A stretch of 63,475 nucleotides of DNA, the filler included, from Reticulomyxa filosa (taxonomy: Eukaryota; Protista; Foraminifera): assembly GCA_000512085.1 (NCBI GenBank). It is 11 parts of 11 records of this genome, joined end to end, with 100 filler letters (N's around TTAATTAATTAA, not from the genome) between each part and the next. Parts side by side here need not be neighbours in the genome. Positions count along the whole stretch, not along the records: positions 20,850 to 27,642 come from ASPP01025640.1; positions 27,743 to 32,380 come from ASPP01003556.1; positions 32,481 to 34,393 come from ASPP01003113.1; positions 34,494 to 50,823 come from ASPP01008307.1; 7 more parts are not named here. One strand, given 5' to 3'. Position numbers and translations under genes: made by a program. The notes under the pieces were generated by a model. It saw nothing but the letters and a program-made list of their open reading frames with translations. It was not told where the DNA came from and did not search any database. Positions within the stretch are counted from its first letter, which is position 1; the number at the start of each line of letters is the position of its first letter. This document shows, one piece after another, positions 25,801 through 37,500 of the stretch.

Positions 25801-27545
25801 TTGGAACAGACAATACACAAGTGTCTTTGTATTGTTTGGTTTGGCCAGAAAAATTGGCAATGAAAACTCAAGCGAAAGCTATTAAGCTTTTGCAACGCAT
25901 GTTATTGCATCAATGCAAATTGCAGCAAGTGCAATGGTATTTGTTTGCAGTGGTCTCTTCCAACATGGAAAATGATGTGGCTGTTGCGTTGCGGCTATTC
26001 CAGTCCGAATTTACTTTTAACGAAAGTAACGCTTCAATTGATGTGGAAGAGGCACTATATACCAAACAGTTGGATTCCTTTTTGAATGACAAAAGTAATC
26101 GAAAGCCTTTTGTCCAATTGTATAAGTCGGAACATATTGGAATGGGGAAAACGTGGAGAATTCAAGAGGACATTAAAGAATATCAAAAGGAACGTAAATT
26201 GGAAAAGATTTATGTGAGATTCAACAGTAGCGATATTGATTGGGAACTGATAGTAAACACATTTTGGCCATATCATTCCTGCAAACTTGATAATTTGGAC
26301 AATATTCGAAATCTCCAAACATCAATATCACAATTGAAAGACGCTTTGGTAGTTTACCACTTGGATATATCATCTTGTGTCAACGAAGATATGAATGACT
26401 TCTTATTTCAATTGCTGTATTTACAGCATATTGACACAGATTGCTCCAGTTTCTACATGAATCCAAATATGGCATTTTTCGTTGAAATCCCATCACAATT
26501 TCATTCATTGGAAGACACTGCAAACAACGTTTTGTACACTCTATTTCCCGAATCTAATTTTCCCACGATCATTGTGGACGAAGTCAGCAATCCATTTCAA
26601 CTTGGAAATGAGGCTCAAAACTGCATTAAATGGATACTTCAAACTAAGTTAGGGTTTGTGTCTTATTTGTTTGTCTTTTTTTCCCCTTCCTCTGTGAATT
26701 TGCACATTTTCGTCTCAGGAAATCGGAGCCAATCACTATTTCGGATAAAGATATGACTGATTTTATAAAGTCCTATTTTGCATTAGTGCGGCCATATCCT
26801 TTGAATTATACCATTCTCTTCAAGTTTTTATCCACCCAATTTAAACTTTTATCCGATTTTAACGATCCAAAGTGTAGCGATCAGTTCCGCTATAAGCAGG
26901 AAGCGACCAAATGTGTAATTGCAATTGCCCAAGAACTTTTTGCAAATACGAATACAAAAGGAGATGACACTCAATTTTGTCTATGCAAAAAGTTGAATCG
27001 CTCTGAGTCGTTCTACTTGATCAATCATAACGGTATTGAGTATATAGACAAGTGTTTTCATTGTGTCAACGTTTTTTTTTTTTTTTTTTGTGATAAACAT
27101 TTTATGGTGTGTAAAAAAGGATCTCTTTCATTACTCATCCCAACTGCAGATAAAGTGAACGCGAAAGCACGTGCCGATTTAAAAAAAGCAAAAATTATCC
27201 TTATCTCTTGGAAAGAAGAAACAAAGAGAATGTGGGATATATTTTTTGGGGTAATGGACGTGCATTCATTTTTTTGTAAAAATTTGTAAAAAAAAAAAAT
27301 AAAATAAATTGTGATGGAATAGGAATCAAAGACGAATATTTCAGATGACGAAATCATTCTCAAAACAAAACAAGAGCGAATTGATATATTGTGTCATATG
27401 GTTGGTGTCCCAAAGGAAAGGAGAAAGGAGATTAAGAAGACGTTGTGTGAAGGTGAATTCAAACATTACGTATTGACCTATGACAATATTCTGAAGATGA
27501 CAACCATTCTTCTTAACATTCGATCCGATCTTCCAGTATTGCATT
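22760..27545 (+). CDS. RNF213 (mysterin)-like giant AAA+ ATPase, partial, with frameshifts
   Basis: Motifs in RNF213 order: PRAEHVLICKETTTEEEVECLLLRA, LYCLVWPEKL, P-loop SEHIGMGKT (~26133-26153), YHLDISSCV...FLFQLLYLQHI, FFVEIP and HYVLTYDNILKM...IRSDLPV (27464-27538). Truncated by the spacer at 27643. Confidence 0.8.
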
Positions 27546-27742
27546 ATATTTGAGACACCAACATTTATTTCTTTATTTTTTCCACACACACATATATCTT
27601 TTTGTCTGAAAATGCTCCCACTTTTTTTTTTTTTTTTTTTTTNNNNNNNNNNNNNNNNNNNNNNNNNNNNNNNNNNNNNNNNNNNNTTAATTAATTAANN
27701 NNNNNNNNNNNNNNNNNNNNNNNNNNNNNNNNNNNNNNNNNN

Positions 27743-27779
<37 letters not shown>

Positions 27780-28539
27780 GTGACAACAATAAAGAGTCCC
27801 CGGTGAACACTAGTGTAAGTCCGAATAAAATTTCCATGCAATTGAATGAATGGAAAAAACAAATGGACAAAACAAAAAATCACATTTTACATTTAAACAA
27901 TTTGAAACACTTGCAAGACATTCGACAAGCGTTGTTAAACTTGTTGAATACTTTAGAGACACAACAAAACACTGTTGCCGTGGAAATTCAGGAGCAGGTA
28001 CATGCTTCTTCTTTATTGTTCATTGATCCCTTCTCTTATGGATCAATCATTATTCACAAAAAGTAGCATAATACTACATACAAACAAAGGAACATTTGCT
28101 GACAGCTTATCGTGCAAGGCTGAAACAATTGCAAACAGCACACGAAAGCATCTCCAAACATCATTTGAATTGCAGCAAATTGCTGCTGGAATTAGATACG
28201 CGTGAAAAAATGCTGCTTTCGAATAGCATGCATGCGCACACCGATCATAGAGGCACACCTGGGCAAGATGACGGAATGAATGCTGCTTTGGATGGAATCC
28301 CCGATGAATTTGTATGTCCAATCACTATGGTTATCATGAAAGATCCGGTCGTCACTGCTGATGGCCATGTTTATGAACGCTCTGCCATTGAAGATTGGTT
28401 CCTCACTAGTGATGTCTCGCCATTAACCGGAACCAGATTGCCCAACAAAACTTTGATTCCATTGCATGTCCTTCGATCTCAAATTGAGAGATTTGTCAAG
28501 CAATATCCACAACTTGTTGAGACAATGCAAACCAAGTAA
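27743..28539 (+). CDS. C-terminal U-box E3 ligase-like protein, 5' truncated
   Basis: IPDEFVCPITMVIMKDPVVTADGHVYERSAIEDW...SPLTG...LIPLHVLRSQI. Coiled-coil-like region upstream. Intron 27998-28089. Confidence 0.88.
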
Positions 28540-30282
28540 TTCAAATTAATTTTTTTTCTTTTGATGGCAAAGGAATAATACGAGTGATTGTATCCATGTA
28601 TCTTTTTTATTTTGGTTCCATCCTCGATCCTTTCAGCCATTTGTTCTTTCATCCAAACAAGTGGTCAATATGAGTCAGCATTCCCTTTCTCTTGTTTGCC
28701 AGTGATTACAAAAGAGCAAATTGTCAGTGACGATTATGCAAAATAATAAGTGTTTGAAAGTTTGTAAAAAGGTGACTGAAAACATTTTTTTATCAATTTA
28801 ATTTTTTTAAAGGTAAAATGCAAAAAAACTAATCAAATAAACAATTAAAAAAAAAAACTGGATAAAAAAACATTTAAAAACAATAAACAACTAATAAATA
28901 AAAAAAAATAAAACAACAGCAAAACTTTACAACAATTCGGCAGCTAAAAACATAAAACAAACAAAAAAAAGTTAATGATTGAGTCCAAGTTAGCTGACGT
29001 CAACTAACTTTTTTTATTGTGTTATGTATAAGTTTAATGTTAGATATTATCTAACTTAAACTTGCAATATTATTATTTATTTCAAATTATCATTATTATT
29101 GTTAAAATTATTTCTGATTTTAGTTATGGAAGAATTTTAGTATGGTCATGTTTTGGCTTGCAAGATGGAAGGTGGAGTAAATGCTTATATATATAAAGAA
29201 ATTTTATATGATGAAATGATAAAACAAAGATAATTGGATTTTTCACCAAGATAATGCAAGATAATGCAACATGACATAAATAATAAAAAATTATGAAATT
29301 GTTAATAAAATCACAAAGTCAGTTTAAATGATATATAATATATAAAAAAAGATTATAATTGTGATTTAATCTATATCCATATACCATTGATTAATAACTA
29401 GTTACAGTTAAGTCATCACAGAAGAATATCGAATAACAACATATTTATCGCCATAATATGCCTTGTGATATGGACTTATACTGTTGTTACTATTAAAAAA
29501 AATTATTTCTTTTTTGGCCCGAAAAGTTAATATTAATTATGAAAGTAATAAATATATATTATTTTTTCTCATTGTTACTCTTTTGGCGATTATTTGTTGC
29601 AGTTCATTTTTCGTAATTTTATAGTCAGTTCAGCATCTAGTATGGTGTGACTTATATGTAGAAGTGCTTGTTAAATGTTTTATATAGTGACAAATATATT
29701 AATATCTGTAAAGAGAAAAAATTGTTATTAATGAACGATGAATGAACACTCATTTCTGAAGAAAAAATCATACCAATTAAATGAAATGTACAACAACAAG
29801 CAAAGAATTTTTTTTAGTGAGAATTAAAATCTTAATCTAATCAAAAGGAACACAGTACTACGCTGTTACAGTCAAAAGCGTCAACTACATATTTCATTCA
29901 TAATTACTTCGATCGGTAGACATCAATAAGAAAATCAAGAAATTACTTTCAGAATTTGTACAACAAATTTTTGATTGAAACAGTAAGAACATGTATCATA
30001 TTTGTCTAGATCTTATGCATTTAACATTGTTTTATTTGAAAAGAATCTTTTTCGTCATTAAGCATTATCAGCTCTGGATATAGTTATTGATGTGTGAGCA
30101 CATCAATTGTTTGTTTTACAAAATTTACAAAATAATATAAAATAATCTATATCTATTGTATAAGTACTTGATAATCTAAAACAACTGCAACAATGTCTTA
30201 CTTTTTTGATCAAAATAAATGTTCAATCCTATTGTAATTTTTATATATTTTTTCATCTATTGGTGTAACTTCAATTGAAAAT

Positions 30283-30976
30283 ATGGCAGCAGATCCTCAG
30301 TCGTCGACCACTATTTTCTCAAAGAATGAGATTGTTCCTGACGTTGTGAAGAAGGCTCCTGCGTCGCTGTGCGAAGTTTCATATGGTGATCATAAATTGA
30401 CACCAGGAGAGAAACTATCCGCAAAATTAGTGAACACGCACTTGCCAAAAGTGACATGGGCTGCAGATGCAAAAAAATACTACACGTTGATTTTAACAGA
30501 TCCAGACGCGCCGTCAAGGAAAGAGCCAAAATACCGAGAATGGCTCCATTGGATTGTGACAAATATCCCAGGCAGCGATGTGTCTAAAGGTGAAACGTTG
30601 GTAACCTATGTTGGTAGCGCTCCACCCAATGGAACCAGTTTCCACCGATATGTATTTTTAGTTGAGTACAATTGAACAGAGCGTTGGCCCATATACATAT
30701 GTATACGTGTATCGTACATTCAATTATGCTTATGTATTTATTTGACAGGTGTGGGAACAAGAAGGAAAAAATGACAAGTGGACATTTGGTCCTCTTGGTT
30801 ATTCTAGTGAAAAAAGAGGTGGTTTCAAAGCACAGCAGTTTGCCAGCTCCAATAAACTAACCCAATTAGTTGCTGGAAATTTTTATCAAGCGGAAAATGA
30901 TGATGATGGTGAGGGAATTGTCAAGCAGGTTTATGCTAACTTGCACGCTGGAAAAGACAAATTATTGAAGTCCTAA
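30283..30976 (+). CDS. Phosphatidylethanolamine-binding protein (PEBP/RKIP family)
   Basis: [42 protein letters not shown]|VWEQ and AGNFYQA. Intron 30661-30748. Confidence 0.92.
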
Positions 30977-31382
30977 GGTAGTCAACTACTTAATTATTAT
31001 TGCTGTATTGTTTCTCTTCTTTAATGAGCCTTTGTCTCTTTTTGTAGGATTGTTGTCTTAGCTTAACGTCTTTAAAGACTTATATTTCCAACTATCTTCT
31101 TGATTACGTTAAAAAAGGATTTCATTTCGGCGCTCGCACAAAGGAATAGAATATTGCTTGATTTTAAGTGTATTTTCGTTAGAAATTTCTTTTTTTCACT
31201 GATGCAAACATTGAGAGTATAACTTGATGTTTAAGCAGAAAATAAAGCAAAGAAAAATCGAGTGTTTAACAAGTCTTCTCTGACCAAGGGCGTTCTGACA
31301 TTTTAGTTAATTACCAAGGCTCGAGCCTGTAACAAGCACGTACAAAGGGAAGGATAAACAAGTAATAACGAAAGAAAAGAGA

Positions 31383-32380
31383 ATGAATCGCGTTGGTTTA
31401 GCTTTTCATCCCGACTGCCTGTTGCATGTCGGACCAGCAGGACTTGCTGAATGTCCAGAGAGAATTGAGTCAATTTTGACATCACTAAAAAAACACGGTT
31501 TGTACGAGCAGTGCTTTATTTTAACCGGGAAAGACATTCCAATAGCTACAAAAGAAGAGCTGCTTCTAATCCATGAAGAAGCATTAGTAACAAAAGTCTT
31601 GACAGCCCACAAAGATATAACCTTGCTCAGTGACAAAGAGTATTTTGATATTGAACAAGACACATTTTATTGCAAGCACTCTCCAAGAGCTGGTAAGTTG
31701 TTACTTTGAATGATGAGAAAGGGATCTACTCCTTATTGTCTTTGCACAAACTACAATTAAAAAGCATTGTTAGCGATTGGGGCAATGACAGAATTAATGG
31801 AACGAGTAATAAAAAAAAATTGGATAGCGGATTTGCAGTAGTAAGACCTCCAGGACATCATTGCAAATACGACCAACCTATGGGCTACTGCTTGTTTAAT
31901 AACATTGTTGTGGCAGTGAACACAATCAAACGACGATACAAACATGTAAACAAATTTCAAAGATTCGTTGTCATTGACTGGTTCAGTTTTTGTTGTGCGT
32001 TGTGTTCTACCAACAAGACTTTGTGTTACATGCCGCATGCGCATGACTCGTGGCGTTTGTTTGCACCAATGAAGGGACGTGCATCAAGGCAATGGGAGTC
32101 AGGATATGTTTTGGGACGATCGTGACGTCTTGTACATAGTGATTTCGAGTGGATTCGACGCGCGTGTGTGTGTGTGTGTGAGACTAGCTCGGTGGAATGA
32201 ATGTTACTCCGCCAATGTATGGGCGTTTTATTCATTATTTGTATCAACTCCAATCTCCCTGTCCAATTGTGGTGTTATTGGAAGGAGGATATCAACTCCA
32301 TACAATGTCTGCAGCTGCCTGTTGTCTCACTTACGCGCTTTTGCATTGTCAAGTTTATATCTGTGTGTGTGTGTTATCTC
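31383..32380 (+). CDS. Class II histone deacetylase, internally deleted or fragmentary
   Basis: ECPERI, GFAVVRPPGHH, MGYCLFNN, IDW|DVHQGNG, VISSGFDA and LEGGY. Frameshift at the A-tract near 31815. Confidence 0.85.
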
Positions 32381-33435
32381 NNNNNNNNNNNNNNNNNNNN
32401 NNNNNNNNNNNNNNNNNNNNNNNNTTAATTAATTAANNNNNNNNNNNNNNNNNNNNNNNNNNNNNNNNNNNNNNNNNNNNTAACACTAGTTTCAAACAGA
32501 AAAATATCGTAACGGTCGAGTGGCTGAAAACAGAAAAAGAGTGGCTCCATAGTTACAATTGGAAAAGTGAGGACATCTTTCCTTCGAAACTGCCTCTAAA
32601 CTTGATTTTCTCGCTAATACATCAACGGATGGTGGAACATTTGTTTGCCGAAAATTGGTGCTATGCCTCGTTCGATAGCAGCGCATGGATGCTGGACTCG
32701 TGTGTGGTGAGCTTCAAACAAACCAACAGTGTGTATAAAAAAAAAAATCGAACTCATTCTGCGGGCAGTAATTGTGTTTTTGCAATTGAACGGCTTCGAA
32801 GTTGTCGGCAATGATGCTGTTGGATTCACAACTGCGGGTGGTGGTAACAAAGAGGACAAACGCACACCGGAAATGTTCTCCGCAGAGGGAATGCATTGGC
32901 TCGACTCCAGATTGGAACGATTTGCCATCCCGAGAATGGTCATCGCACTTATTCCCTCTTGCGCAAAGTTCCTTCATGAAATTTGGCTCGAGGAAGCCAA
33001 ATTGGAGGCTGGCAATATGCTCTACATCATTGTTTTCATCGCAAGGAAGATCCTTGGCTTACTCCTTGGCAAAGACTCTCCCCTTCTGCCAAATATCTTT
33101 TCACTCAACAAGTCGTCATCACAATTAAGGCTATTGTAATGTGCGGATTTGTTATTAGATCCACTGAATATTCTTTTGGCTCCAAGAGAAAAAACAAGTC
33201 CAGAAAATAATGCAACGACTTTTTGTTTATCATATTTGTTTGTTTTGTTCAATGTAAAAAAAATTGGTTAGTGAACAATTTCAAAGTTATATCCTCTTTG
33301 TTTTTTTCAAAGTTATCAATATTTCTTGAAGATTTTATGGGAAAAAAAATAATTATTTGTTTATTCAAAGATCAGCAATATGAATTGGACCTTCAAATAT
33401 AACATAAAACAAATTCCGATCATATATAAAATTTT

Positions 33436-33930
33436 TTATTTCTTTTTTGTCAATGCCATAAATTTAATGCATGATATACCAATGCATTCATTAGCATTTC
33501 CTTCAATCAAATATAATTCATTCCTATTTGATCGAATATCCCAAAAACGAATTATATTATCACATGATCCAGAACATATCACATTCGAATTACCAATATT
33601 ATTCTTAATTATAAATGGTGAATACTCGACAGATGATACAATATCTAAGTGTTCGTTTATGGGATATTCGACTTGGTCAACAAACTCAAACATTCAATGG
33701 ACATTGTTATCATTTGAGCCAGATAAAATTAGATTTAATAATTCATTTGATCCATATTTTAAACTTCTTATATAATCTGTATGTCCTTTAAGTATATTTA
33801 ATTGTTTAGTTGTTTCAATATCAAATATTCGAATGGTTTTATCAAATGATCCAGAACAAATGAATTGGCAATAATCAAATCTTGCATAATCAATGCTGTT
33901 CATATTCTTTTCAAGTACAATCAACAACAA
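33436..33930 (-). pseudogene. WD40-repeat fragment, same family as 6695-7553
   Basis: ICSGSFDKTIRIFDIETTKQL, GHT, VICSGSCDNIIRFWDIRSN. In-frame TGA at 33694-33696. Confidence 0.8.
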
Positions 33931-33942
33931 TATTCATTTTAG

Positions 33943-34372
33943 TTAAATCAAAATAATTTTACAAAAAAAAAAAGGTAACGAATCTTTGCATTGTAAATCC
34001 AATTGACATGCTTTTTCAGTATCACTTGTGGCTTTACTATATCTTTTCAATTTCAAAGCGGCTTGACTACGACGGATGAAGGCTTTGACATTGTTTGGAT
34101 TGATTTCGATGCAAATGGTGCAATCATCAAAGGCTTTTTGATATTGTGCTTTTTTAATCCAAACAGCGGCGCGGTTGCAGTACACAACAATATTGAATCT
34201 ATGGTTGCATGGGTCGGCGTGAATGCATTGAGTGTATTTATCGATCGCATCGTCCAACAAGCCATTTTTATATGCTTCGTTGACATCCTCTTTCATTCGA
34301 TGTGTCAGTTTAAATAGTTTGAACCACATTTGCACCTCTTCATTGTTCGGGTCATGTTTTAGAATTTGCTAA
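33943..34372 (-). CDS. TPR-repeat fragment, DNAJC7-like
   Basis: LKHDPNN...MKEDVNEAYK...AIDKYTQCI, YCNRAA and VKAFIRRSQA form consecutive TPR helices. No J-domain follows. Confidence 0.7.
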
Positions 34373-34539
34373 TTATCCAATTGCGTCAGTTCANNNNNNN
34401 NNNNNNNNNNNNNNNNNNNNNNNNNNNNNNNNNNNNNTTAATTAATTAANNNNNNNNNNNNNNNNNNNNNNNNNNNNNNNNNNNNNNNNNNNNTTTTTTT
34501 TTTTTTTTTTAAATTGACTATGGGGATGGGGGTTTATAG

Positions 34540-37500
34540 ACCCTCGTTTGGTTAGCAAGAACCTGTCTGCAAACTCTGCTCAAAGTTGAGATGAATGTGT
34601 TGTTTTTTTACATTTTGCTCGTAATTTAACGAGAAAATGGGAAGGAGGACATGAAACAAACAAAGTGGAATATGCATAACTGACTTGACAATCAATAGGC
34701 AACCAAGATACCACTACTCGTTTGAGCAATAAAGTGTTTGAGTTATTGTCCGATGTGCTGTCGGAGTGCATCTTCCACTCATGGGCAGTTTCCTACAGCA
34801 ATGTGGATCGAAATCGTTTGTTAAAAAGCTTGGTGGATATTGCCACTTTGTACGTGGCATTGAAGGAATTGAATACAGTCGCCAATGTGTTGAGTATTCA
34901 CTTATTTTATCAAAAAAAAAAAAAAGGGAAGGAAAACTCGCATAAACATTACATCTGTCAAAGTTGTCAACAAACTTCATGCAAATGCACACGTTACACA
35001 CAAACACAATACAAAAAAAAGGACTTTATTGACTATGTTACTGCAGTCATTTGCCGATAGTGTGAGAAAGCGAGGACCCATTCAAGAAAGAAACTCGTTG
35101 TGGATTGTCGATGATCTCTTTCGATTGCAGAATATTAAATCGGATCATTTGCAGTTTAACATTTCTTTACTTTATTTGTATCTATATATTTAATTTCTCA
35201 AAATAAAATCAATGTGATTTTTGTTTGTTTGTTTGTGAAAACCCTTGTTTTAATCACAGAGCTCAATGCCTGTTTTTCCCAGACATGTTAACAAACATGA
35301 AGCACGTGTCGTGGATGCTTCAGAAGTGGTGTGAAGCAGAACGGAAGATCGACGAAAGAAATGTGAAGCTCTGTCAAATGCCCTTGCAACGCACGCACCG
35401 AATGATCGAGTCTTGGTTAAAATGTACCCACGACAGCGTACGACCTAACGTGGTCACCGAAATTGTCCTGTTGTATATTGAAACGTGTATGTCCAATGAC
35501 ACCATCAATAACAAACCTGCGGGCAGCAATTCTGACTTTTCCAAGTTTTTGTTGGAATACACGAAGCAGTCCATTTTGGTTGCAGTTGAGTATATGTGTA
35601 TATCCCGTGTGTATGTCTTGTGTCATAGCTCCATTGGGAAAAGCGCATGACTTAACAACTGTTGTTTGATCTATGTTAATTTTAAAAAAAAAAGTATTTG
35701 AAGGTGAAGCAACATTATGATGCGACATCGATATTGAGAGATTTGTCGTTAGAGTTACCAACCAAAACCCAAGTGAGCAAAGAAATAATTAAAGCAAGCA
35801 AAGCGGCAAGGATGAAGGTGGTGTCGAAGAAACAAGAGTGGATAGACTATATTGAAGAAATTGAAATGCTGTTTGATGACGAGGCTGAAATTAGCATTGC
35901 TTTGTGGAGAAAGGGTATTTTTGAAGTCATTCCAGAGGTATGTGTATGTGTGTGTGTGTGTGTTCTCTTCTTCTGTCAACACAAATAAAAACACTGGGGG
36001 AAAAAAAGGTTGGAATGGAAACCTTGGCAGTCGAACTTGTGACGGATATAAAGGATCTGTTGTCACAAGACTCGAAAAGTTTAGATGTCCAGTATCGTGT
36101 GCTATTGGCAGGAGCATCCCGCTTTCAAATGTTTTTGCAGACACTCTGCCATCGCTACATGTTGCTCGAGCAAGAGAAAAATGCGAAGCAACAGCCGTCC
36201 TCCTCTGACGTGAAAACGGAACACGCAACTACCTCGGCAGGCACTCGCATTGGACCACATTTGCGTCGCGAGAGCTTCAATGAGATGTTTGGAAACAACA
36301 CGTTGGGAGGAAGACTCCGAAAGCTGGGCGAATTCGCCGATAATCAAAGGATTGATAAGATATTTGAGTTTATCCAAACAGAGCTGTCCACTCGTTTGCA
36401 AAGTTGGATGGAAAAGTCGTTGCATCGTTGTCGCGACTTTATCTCAAGAGCCGCGGAAAAAGAGAGATGGGAATGCGATGCTATTAACGCAATGGAAGAG
36501 ATCGAGAACAAGCAAATGCAATTGGCCCAACAAAAGCTGAAAAATAAACCAAGTAAAACGGCCGATGACGAAAATGACAAGGGAAATCAGACTGCCGAAG
36601 AAGATGTGATCGAAGACGAGGACAGAGGACAAACAGAAGATGTGACTTGGGCCAACTTTGTCGGAGATTCGTTTTTGGTCATTGACAACGAAATCAACGC
36701 CTACTTTGTCAATCTCAAGTCATTTGCCGCTGAGGCCATGTCCACGTCCACGCTTTTTTACGAAAGGCTTGGCTTTGTTCTTGATCATGTCTTGAAGATC
36801 ATTCAAAGCTCCTTTATTGATATTACTGTTATATTCTTTGTGTCAATCCATTCCATTTCATCCTTTTTTTTTTTTTTTTTTTAAGTGAATCAAATGAATA
36901 AAAACAAAATTGCAGATTTTAGACAATTCAATTCCGAAAGAAGAGAAAAAGAACATAATTCCTATGCCTGAGGGGCAAGTATCGAAAGTGCATAAACACG
37001 TGGAAAGAGTGTATATGGCACGAGCAACTGAAAACTTTGTCAAAACCATCGACGCGTTAAGCGCCGATTCCCAGGTTGATCAGGTGCTATCTCCTCGCAC
37101 AAATAATGACAACTCCGTTATTCCCAACTTAATTGCCCAATTAAGCAAGGCAAACCCTGATTCACCCCACGAAAACCATCCAATATTTGCTATTGCCAAT
37201 CACACAAAACTGCTAAACGAAGACATGGGCGAAGTGTTAAGACCTTTTTTTTGCTTCCTTCTTCACTCTTGTCTAAATGCAAGTAAAAAAAAACAAACAA
37301 ACATGAAAAACGAATAGACAAATGCTTGACGATGAACATTTTAAAAAAGAGTTGAAATATATGTGCATAAAGCTCTCCACCATTTCTCGTCTTGATGAGC
37401 TTATTGCTGATTTGGGACCACGGCTCCTTCGATACATCAACAGTCTGGAAGAACCAAAAGAAGCTGTTTAGTTTACTGTCTAATTATATATGTATATATA

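Noticed and set aside
30220-30283. Possible signal peptide upstream of PEBP
   Set aside because: The upstream ATG is out of frame and would need an unverified homopolymer correction.
32481-33250. Moderately GC-rich stretch with ORFs on both strands
   Set aside because: Possibly a gene fragment, but neither strand nor product can be determined.
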